NCBI GenBank assembly: GCA_965205485.1
Contig: OZ242180.1
Coordinates: forward strand, 4,672,001-4,736,000
Source of the DNA: Candidatus Latescibacterota bacterium
GTDB lineage: Bacteria; Latescibacterota; UBA2968; GCA-2709665
Length of the DNA stretch: 64,000 bases
Reading direction: 5' to 3'
A model generated the notes under the pieces. That model saw nothing but the letters and a program-made list of their open reading frames with translations. It did no database searches and was not told the origin of the DNA. Both the position numbers and the translations under genes were made by a program. This document shows positions 57,222 through 64,000 of the stretch, piece after piece; the first letter of the stretch is position 1, and every line of letters begins with the position of its first letter.

Positions 57222-59041
57222 ATCCTGGCTCCCAGGGCGTCGATAAGCGCCGCCGCGGTGTTGTAGATTTCCTCCCGTTCCTTCTCGGGTATCCGGACCG
57301 AGGCGAAACGTGCGTAGTCGCAACGCAGGAACACATCCTGCACTTGCGAGACGATTGGATCAGGGACGTCCTGTACGCGAAGCGCCCGCGCGGCCGACTC
57401 GCGGGTCACGCCGGCAACCGGCAGGTTCAATCGGTCGGCCAGAAACTGCGCCAGGGCGCGGTCGATTTCGACGTAGAACGCCACGCCGTCTTTTTCCTGG
57501 AGTCGCTTTCGCGCCCGCGTGAGGCGTTTCCTGGCCTCCGGGCCCGAACGCCTTCTTCGGGCATAAGCCACGTCGCCGATGAGCCGGTCCCGGTGGCGCT
57601 TGTATGCAAATATGCCGAAAAAACCGAGGACGGGCACCAGCTGAACGGTCCAGAACCATGTGCTCCTGAAAATCGGCCTGGCGTGATCTTCCAGATGTCC
57701 GAGATCCGGCTTCAGATGACGAATATCCCGGCCGAGCATTTCGATCTCTCTCCGGCTCATCACCGCCCCGGAAGCGGCCTGCCGCCTGCCCTGGTTTACG
57801 TTCACCGAAACCACACGCGAACTCGCCGTCCGATATCGTTGTTTCTCAGGGTCGAAGTAAACCAGCAGAAAAGGACCGATCCTCGCGCTTCCGGCCCGGT
57901 TGGGAATCGCGACGTATTCGAACGTCTTTTCGCCGCCGATTCGTCCATCCGAGTTTCCGGTGCTTACGGTTGAATTCGGGTCGTAGAACTTGAACGCGTC
58001 CCCTTCTGGACGAATGGGTTCGCCCACGGCATTCAGATTACCCGTCCCTCGCACCTTTACCTTCACCGCGATCGGATCTCCCGTCCGGACGTCTGCGGGC
58101 GACGCCTCGACCGATACGTCGAACCGGCCCACCGCGCCGCTGAACCCGGCGGGGGCGCCCGCGGGCAGGGGGGAGACTTCGATCTTCACCTCTTCGGATC
58201 GCGCGCGCACTTCCCGGCCGGCGCCGAATCCGAAGAAATCATCCATATCGAACAGGTTTCTGCGACGCGTGCGCTCCTGAATCTGGCAGACCACTTCGAG
58301 CGCGTCAAGCGACTGTACTCCGGACGCGGTCGGAAACAACGCCATCGTCTTCAACAGCATCACGTCGAACTCGCGGCCGTTATGGACCTCGCGGTCAAAA
58401 CTGGCGCGCTGCGCGTCAAACAGGGTTTCCGACCAGAAACCGGTATAGGCGGGCAGGCGGCCGTAGCTGATATTGCGGAGTGTCCGGCGTGTGTAGAGCT
58501 TATACGTAACGGTCACCTGCTCTCCCACGTATACCTTTTTCTTATCTACCGTGGTTGCAACGAACAGGTCATCCTTCAATTCATCCACATCCGAATCGCC
58601 GGAGTTCTGTCCCGGCGCCGGCACCGGGCGCGTGCGCGGCGCCCCGCCGCGCTTCAGGACATTCACCCGAACCTTCGACGATTCGTGACGCCTACCCTCA
58701 TGCATCACGTGCGCCGGGCCGATCACGAAACTGCCCTCGCGCCTCGCCGTCACGGTGTATACGTATGAGTTGTTTCGCGTGGTTACGACCCGGCCGTTCG
58801 TAATGTTGAGTTCCTGGGTCGTATAGGACGAACGCCCGACAACGTCGAAGGCCTCCGGAACCGGCAGTTCCGGCGAGGGGACGTCTCCGCCGGCCGTTAA
58901 CGTTACCGTCAGCGTGACCTGTTCGCCCACCTCCACGCGCGTACGGTCCACCGACATGTGAAGACGCGGCGAATCGGCCAGCGCGACACCGCGCGAAACC
59001 AGGAGGACGAATAGACAGACACAGGCGGTCGCGCGTGACAT
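57218..59041 (-). CDS. batD: BatD oxygen-tolerance family protein
   Basis: VDRTRVEVGEQV, KKVYVGEQ, FSGAVGRF, GTGNL, YFDPE, DYARFA. Confidence 0.85.
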   Translation of the reverse strand: MSRATACVCLFVLLVSRGVALADSPRLHMSVDRTRVEVGEQVTLTVTLTAGGDVPSPELPVPEAFDVVGRSSYTTQELNITNGRVVTTRNNSYVYTVTARREGSFVIGPAHVMHEGRRHESSKVRVNVLKRGGAPRTRPVPAPGQNSGDSDVDELKDDLFVATTVDKKKVYVGEQVTVTYKLYTRRTLRNISYGRLPAYTGFWSETLFDAQRASFDREVHNGREFDVMLLKTMALFPTASGVQSLDALEVVCQIQERTRRRNLFDMDDFFGFGAGREVRARSEEVKIEVSPLPAGAPAGFSGAVGRFDVSVEASPADVRTGDPIAVKVKVRGTGNLNAVGEPIRPEGDAFKFYDPNSTVSTGNSDGRIGGEKTFEYVAIPNRAGSARIGPFLLVYFDPEKQRYRTASSRVVSVNVNQGRRQAASGAVMSRREIEMLGRDIRHLKPDLGHLEDHARPIFRSTWFWTVQLVPVLGFFGIFAYKRHRDRLIGDVAYARRRRSGPEARKRLTRARKRLQEKDGVAFYVEIDRALAQFLADRLNLPVAGVTRESAARALRVQDVPDPIVSQVQDVFLRCDYARFASVRIPEKEREEIYNTAAALIDALGARI

Positions 59042-59043
59042 TC

Positions 59044-59850
59044 CTACCACTCGTTACCCTTGTACCGTTTGCCGTAAACACGCAAACGGCGGTATTTCTG
59101 GGACTTCGTTTCCCTGTCTTTCATCGCGTCCAGCAGGCGTTCGGCCTCTTCCCGACTCAATGAACCGGCCGGTGACTCCGATAGCGACGACTGTTGACTC
59201 TTCTGCTGCCCGGCGGGGTCTTCCGGCTGCGGGCGCTGTCCATGGTCCGGATTCTCCCGGCCTTTCTGATTCGGATCACGATTGTCGCCGGCGTTTGGAT
59301 CGGGCTGTTCCCGATTCCCTTCGTCGTCCGGCTTATTTTCGTCCGGCTCATTGGCTTCTTCATTCTGCTCCTGATCACCCTCTTTATTTTCACCTTGCTC
59401 CTGTTCGCGCTCCTGATTCTTCTCCTGCTCCCGCATTTTTTCCAGGACCCATTCCAGATTCACCTTGGCGTCCAGGTCGTCCGGCCGCAAAGCCAGCGAC
59501 CGCTTGTAGGCTTCGGCCGCCTGCTGCAGGTTCTGCTGGCGGACGTGGACGTTGCCCACATTGTAATACGCCCTCGCGAGAAACGAGGGGTCCCTGCTCT
59601 TCAGCGCCTGTTCGAACTCCTGCAGGGCATCCTTATAGGCGTTCTTTTTGAAGTAAGCATCGCCCGCATTGAACCGAAGTTGCGGCGCCCCGGGATTCTC
59701 CACCTGGGCTTCGCGGTAGTATTCGAGCGCTTCCTCGAACCTGCCCTCGTGGAACATGCGGTTGCCCAGCCTGTTCTTGTCCGCCGCCGGGTCCAGAAAT
59801 GTGAAGCCGAGAAGCGGAACAACGACGAGTCCGATCAGATATCGATACAC
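59044..59850 (-). CDS. batC: BatC-like TPR protein
   Basis: FNAGDAYFK, YYNVGN, DAKVNLE, Q/E-rich linker, LSREEAERLLDA...EW. Confidence 0.8.
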   Translation of the reverse strand: MYRYLIGLVVVPLLGFTFLDPAADKNRLGNRMFHEGRFEEALEYYREAQVENPGAPQLRFNAGDAYFKKNAYKDALQEFEQALKSRDPSFLARAYYNVGNVHVRQQNLQQAAEAYKRSLALRPDDLDAKVNLEWVLEKMREQEKNQEREQEQGENKEGDQEQNEEANEPDENKPDDEGNREQPDPNAGDNRDPNQKGRENPDHGQRPQPEDPAGQQKSQQSSLSESPAGSLSREEAERLLDAMKDRETKSQKYRRLRVYGKRYKGNEW

Positions 59851-59881
59851 GGTGCACACTCCGGTAAATTCCGGGCCAGGG

Positions 59882-60904
59882 CTACTGAAACCGCCCACGC
59901 CATCTCGTTCGCACCCTCCTGCGGTCCGACAACATCGCCTCGCAGGCAAAACAGGCCACGGCGACGGCGAGCGGCCATTGGAACCGGTGTTTATACTGCG
60001 TGTATTTCCGCGATCCCAGTTCCTTCTTCTCCATCTGTGAGATTTCTTCGTAAACCCTGTCCATGCCCACACCACCCGCCTGTGACCGGATATAGACCCC
60101 GTCGGTCACGCCGGCGACCTGTTGCAGACTCGCTTCGTCCAGGCGCGACTTGACGTAATTCCCCCGGCCGTCCTTCAAGAAATCCGTCCTTCCGTTCTGT
60201 CTTACCGGGATCAACTCTCCGCCAGGCGTCCCCACCCCCACAGCGAATACGCGCACCCCGGCTTCCGCAGCCTCTTTCGCGGCTTCGACCGGATCGTCCG
60301 CGTGGTCTTCGCCGTCCGTGATCAGCACCGTGACCTTGTACTTGCGGTCCTCGCTGCCGAATGCCCGGGTCGACGCGCGAATGGCTTCGGCGATGGCCGT
60401 TCCCTTCACGGGTATTATATCCGTGTCGATCGAGTCCAGAAACAGCTTGGCGGCGCCATAGTCAAGGGTCAGCGGGCAGAGCGTAAAGCTGCGGCCCGCA
60501 AACGCGACCAGACCGATCCTGTCGCCTTCCAGCCTGTCGATAAAGGACTCGATTTCCAGGCGTGCGCGCGTCAGTCTATTCGGACGGATGTCTTCCGCCA
60601 GCATGCTCAGCGACGTATCCAGCGCCACTATGACATCCACGCCCTTACGGTGCAGCAGTTCGAGCCGCATCCCGTATCTCGGCTGCGCCAGCGCCAGAAC
60701 CAGAAAGACGAGTCCGACGACCGTCAACGCCGCCTTTACCCACTGCCGCTTCCAACTCGTGGCCGCCGTCAGCTTCCGCATCAGTTCCGGACTTCCGAAA
60801 CGGGCGAGTGCCCGGCGCCTTTTTCGAAAGGCGCTTGCAAATAACAGAATAGCCGCGGGCACGGTCAACAGGAACCAGAATGCCTGAACGTCGCCGAAAC
60901 GCAT
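59882..60904 (-). CDS. batB: BatB vWA-domain membrane protein
   Basis: ALAQP, MIDAS DTSLSMLAED, DRIGLVAFAG, CPLTLD, ITDGEDH. Confidence 0.88.
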   Translation of the reverse strand: MRFGDVQAFWFLLTVPAAILLFASAFRKRRRALARFGSPELMRKLTAATSWKRQWVKAALTVVGLVFLVLALAQPRYGMRLELLHRKGVDVIVALDTSLSMLAEDIRPNRLTRARLEIESFIDRLEGDRIGLVAFAGRSFTLCPLTLDYGAAKLFLDSIDTDIIPVKGTAIAEAIRASTRAFGSEDRKYKVTVLITDGEDHADDPVEAAKEAAEAGVRVFAVGVGTPGGELIPVRQNGRTDFLKDGRGNYVKSRLDEASLQQVAGVTDGVYIRSQAGGVGMDRVYEEISQMEKKELGSRKYTQYKHRFQWPLAVAVACFACEAMLSDRRRVRTRWRGRFQ

Positions 60905-60905
60905 C

Positions 60906-61892
60906 CTACGGAATCCTCCGGAACCTCGTGTTCGCCAGGATCAGTTCGACGCCCAGCAGGACGAGACCCGGCCAGAGGAATACCGTGAACAACTCGGAGT
61001 AGTCGACGTAGTCGCGTGTCTTGATCTCGGTCTTTTCCATCTCGCCGATTTCGAGGTAGATCTCTGCGAGCTTCTTCTCGCTGGTCGCGCGGAAGTAAAG
61101 GCCGCCCGTGATTTCGGCGACTTCCTTCAGGGTCTCTTCGTCGATTTCAACGCGAACCCGCTGCTGTAGCAGGCCCTGCCCGGTCACGATCACGCCGCTG
61201 CTTCCCGCCCCGATCGTGTAGATTCGAATGCCCACGGCCTGTGCGGCCCTTGCGGCGGTAACCGGGTCCACCTCTCCCCTGTTGTTCACACCGTCCGTCA
61301 ACAGGATGACCACGCGGCTGCTCGCCTGCGACCGGCGCAGGCGGTTTACCGCCGTGACGATGCCGGTCCCGATGGCCGTGCCGTCCCAGGACTCGTCCGC
61401 GAGCCGGACCTCCTCCAAAAAGCTGAGGAAGATCCCGTAGTCGAGTGTGAGCGGACACTGGGTATAGCTCTCGCCCGCAAACACGACGAGGCCGAGCCGG
61501 TCGTTGACCCGGCCCTGCACGAACTGGCTCACGACCTCCTTGCTGACCTGCAACCTGGACTTCCTCTGCTGGTCCAGATCCTTGTAGGCCATGCTGCCGG
61601 AGACGTCAAGGGCGAGTACGATATCGATTCCGCGGGTCAGGATTTCTCTCCCTTCCCGCCCGGAACGCGGACGCGCCAGCGCGATAATAAGGATTACCAA
61701 CGCCAGACAGCGCAGCGCAATCAGGCCGTGGCGCAGCTTGAGTACTGCCGACGGCGGAATCCGGCCGATTAACCCCAGGTCCGGAAAACGAATGCTGCCC
61801 TGCTTCTGCCGTTGCCGGCGTACGTATCGATAGATCAGAAACGGCACCAGAACCAGGGCGAAGAGCCATTCCGGATCCTTGAACTCAATCAT
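60906..61892 (-). CDS. batA: BatA vWA-domain membrane protein
   Basis: ALARP, GIDIVLALDVSGSM, DGTAIG, LLTDGVNNRG, IDEETLKEVA..TGG.YFRA. Confidence 0.9.
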   Translation of the reverse strand: MIEFKDPEWLFALVLVPFLIYRYVRRQRQKQGSIRFPDLGLIGRIPPSAVLKLRHGLIALRCLALVILIIALARPRSGREGREILTRGIDIVLALDVSGSMAYKDLDQQRKSRLQVSKEVVSQFVQGRVNDRLGLVVFAGESYTQCPLTLDYGIFLSFLEEVRLADESWDGTAIGTGIVTAVNRLRRSQASSRVVILLTDGVNNRGEVDPVTAARAAQAVGIRIYTIGAGSSGVIVTGQGLLQQRVRVEIDEETLKEVAEITGGLYFRATSEKKLAEIYLEIGEMEKTEIKTRDYVDYSELFTVFLWPGLVLLGVELILANTRFRRIP

Positions 61893-63010
61893 GCCGTCAC
61901 TACCGCAGGCGCCGCATTCTCCGTCCGGTCGCCACCGGGCCGATGCTGCGCGTCCAGCCGCCGCATGAGATCCAGAACCGCCTCCGCGGCCTTCGTTGCA
62001 ACCTCATCTTGCGGTCGAAGCTTCGCGAACTTTACCAGATCCGCCACCGACAACAGCCCGTCGAGCGCCGATAGCTCCGCTTTCCCAACCGCCACCCGTT
62101 CGAGGTCATGCACGAGTTCGTGCGTGGTACACTCCATGGCGTCAACCCGGAACCGATCCTCCAGGTACCTGCGCATCACCTCGGAAAGCAGGCTGTAATA
62201 GCGCTTGTACTCGCCGTTTTCCAGGAGTCGCATCCGCAGAATCTTCTCGACTTCGTCGGGCCAGTGAATCGGCGGCGGCGTTTCGATCACGGGCTTGCTC
62301 CGTCGCCGGCGCCAGAGCCAGATTGCCGCGGCCACGAGACCGGCCAGGGCGGCAACAACGAACCAGAACCACGGGGGTATTCTGGCCTCGATGTCGACCG
62401 GAGGCTTCACATCCCGGATATCCGACATTCCCGCCGGCATGACGCCGCGTACCACAACCGGAATCGGCTCGGAAGTGATTAGCCCGGAGTCGCCGCCGGC
62501 CGTCCGCACCCGGAGTATCAGGGACGGAACTTCGATCACCCCCAAACGGTACACGGCAAGTTCGAAGGCCTGTGTCTCCTCCACACCGCCTCCGGGCGCC
62601 TCCCGAACCACCGGCGGCACCTGGCGACGCACCTCGAACGGTGCGAGGAAATCCTCGTTCCGTACGAGCGCGACGGCGTCCCCCGACTCGCGCCTGATCC
62701 GTAAGTTCAGAAGAACGGGATCGCCCAGCGTCAGGGTATCCCGGTTTACCGTGGCTTCGAATAGAACTTCGGCTTCCGTGCCGGATAGTGGCGCCGCCAG
62801 ACTCCAGGCGCCTATCCACGCCGATATCAGAAGAAGTTGTTTTAAAATTACCAGTGAGTTCCCGAGCGCGAGCGAAAAAGTGGCGGTCAAGGCGGGAAAA
62901 TCCGCCCATATTTGTCTATACGGGTGGGTTTGACCAACGCCGACCGGCGCTTTTGCAGCCGCGCGAAGACCGCTGGGAATTTTAAGACAGCTTCTCAAAA
63001 TCCGGGCCAT
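61889..63010 (-). CDS. Bat-operon exported/TM protein (BatD/DUF4381-like) with in-frame MITE in its signal peptide
   Basis: DTLTLGDP, IRDVKP, TM helix, RRYLEDRF..AMECTT.E, ADLVKFAK. Confidence 0.75.
   Translation of the reverse strand: MARILRSCLKIPSGLRAAAKAPVGVGQTHPYRQIWADFPALTATFSLALGNSLVILKQLLLISAWIGAWSLAAPLSGTEAEVLFEATVNRDTLTLGDPVLLNLRIRRESGDAVALVRNEDFLAPFEVRRQVPPVVREAPGGGVEETQAFELAVYRLGVIEVPSLILRVRTAGGDSGLITSEPIPVVVRGVMPAGMSDIRDVKPPVDIEARIPPWFWFVVAALAGLVAAAIWLWRRRRSKPVIETPPPIHWPDEVEKILRMRLLENGEYKRYYSLLSEVMRRYLEDRFRVDAMECTTHELVHDLERVAVGKAELSALDGLLSVADLVKFAKLRPQDEVATKAAEAVLDLMRRLDAQHRPGGDRTENAAPAVVTA
62833..62994 (+). mobile_element. MITE family A (162 bp) inside a coding sequence
   Basis: Near-identical to 3091-3252; read in frame on the minus strand as RSCLKIPSG...ILKQLL. 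Confidence 0.9.
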
Positions 63011-63026
63011 ATTCCGTCGGCCACCT

Positions 63027-64000
63027 TCATCGCATCCGCACTGCCCCGCCAAGCGGTGATTTAATGGTATCCGGGCGGGCTGCGTCCGGTCGAACGGAAA
63101 CGAGCTCGAGCTTCAGTTTCGTCAGGACCTTGTGATCGATTCGGGCGACCTGGGTACGGCGGTGGCCCCGTGCGTACACCTCGCCGTCCCTTTCGCCGAT
63201 CGTCAGTTTCTGCACGGTCGCGCCACCGCGCCAGGCGGTGACCTCCAATGCCGGGCGATCCAATCCGAATGCCTCTGGCGATTTCAGCTCCTCCGCCACG
63301 AATTCTTCGGCTTCGAGCAGTTCAATGGTGCGAAAGAGATGTTTTATACGATGTTCCAGAACGATATGAAGCTTTGGCTGCAGCACCTCCCACGTGTTCC
63401 CGTTCCCATCCCTGACACACTCCACGACGCGGTCCCGGTACGCCAGCTTCAACCTGTCGACTCCTGAGGCATCGAACCCGAAGATACGCTTGAATCTCAG
63501 GTCCGAGGATGTCTTTCTGATATCCGCGACAAAGGTCGAGTCGACCAGGAAAACCATGGGACTGCCCGAAAATGCCGCGAAAAACGGCGGAAACCGGCGC
63601 CCTTCCTTCCTGCGTCCGATCATTATGGTCTTTTTCCGCTCACGGTCTCCATCGTATACCGATACCGTAAGCGTCGGTTTCTCCAGTCCAAATTGACCGC
63701 GCTCCCGGGATTCCTCCTCGACAACTCGCGTGAATTCGGCGGTTCGCAGCCTGTTGATCAGCTTTCGGACCTCGTCCTCGTCGGTGCGGTCGTTGACCGG
63801 AAACGTCAGGCGCCATTCGTCCGCAAGTTTCTCGACGACGACACGGGCATCGCTGCGGGCTATTTCGACCTTCCGGAGGGTTTCCGGATTGAAGTCCGCG
63901 ACCCGCTTGTCACGCAGTTGAAACAGCCCCTTTTCCAATCTCAACCTGAACGGGGCGCCAACCGCGAGTATTCCGGGATGACCGGACCACCTGACGTAAC
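63027..64000 (-). CDS. DUF4340-like exported protein, 5'-truncated by window edge
   Basis: Frame open to window end; repeated LR.K.(V/I)..F / W....P / FGL..P units. Confidence 0.7.
   Translation of the reverse strand, partial: YVRWSGHPGILAVGAPFRLRLEKGLFQLRDKRVADFNPETLRKVEIARSDARVVVEKLADEWRLTFPVNDRTDEDEVRKLINRLRTAEFTRVVEEESRERGQFGLEKPTLTVSVYDGDRERKKTIMIGRRKEGRRFPPFFAAFSGSPMVFLVDSTFVADIRKTSSDLRFKRIFGFDASGVDRLKLAYRDRVVECVRDGNGNTWEVLQPKLHIVLEHRIKHLFRTIELLEAEEFVAEELKSPEAFGLDRPALEVTAWRGGATVQKLTIGERDGEVYARGHRRTQVARIDHKVLTKLKLELVSVRPDAARPDTIKSPLGGAVRMR

Overview
High-GC bacterial chromosome segment that is mostly housekeeping genes. The lineage is not determinable without a search; the gene content is compatible with an FCB-related group such as Latescibacterota or Gemmatimonadota (inference only). 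The core is one minus-strand translation/transcription supercluster (20.5-51.5 kb): tRNA-Tyr/Gly/Thr, rpmG, tRNA-Trp, secE, nusG, rplKAJL, rpoBC, rpsLG, fusA, tuf, then the S10, spc and alpha operons. Flanking genes include bamD-nadD-zapA, rbsK, purL-folD, a propeller/PP2C sensor, adk, a dapA-family gene, greA, rlmD, thrC-metB and a Bat (vWA/TPR) operon. Four non-obvious signals stand out. (1) A SAM-II-type riboswitch with its own promoter and an antiterminator/terminator pair controls a plant-type (DCYRKT) cystathionine gamma-synthase next to a plant-type threonine synthase. (2) Three families of non-autonomous MITE-like elements have unrelated terminal inverted repeats but share one internal hairpin core (stem-AA-GGCG...AA-YGY-stem). 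They sit on stop codons of essential genes, nest inside each other, and one is inserted in frame in a signal peptide. (3) RpoB and RpsL carry natural substitutions at rifampicin and streptomycin sites. (4) PurL is of the eukaryote-like large type. No CRISPR, rRNA or transposase gene was seen.
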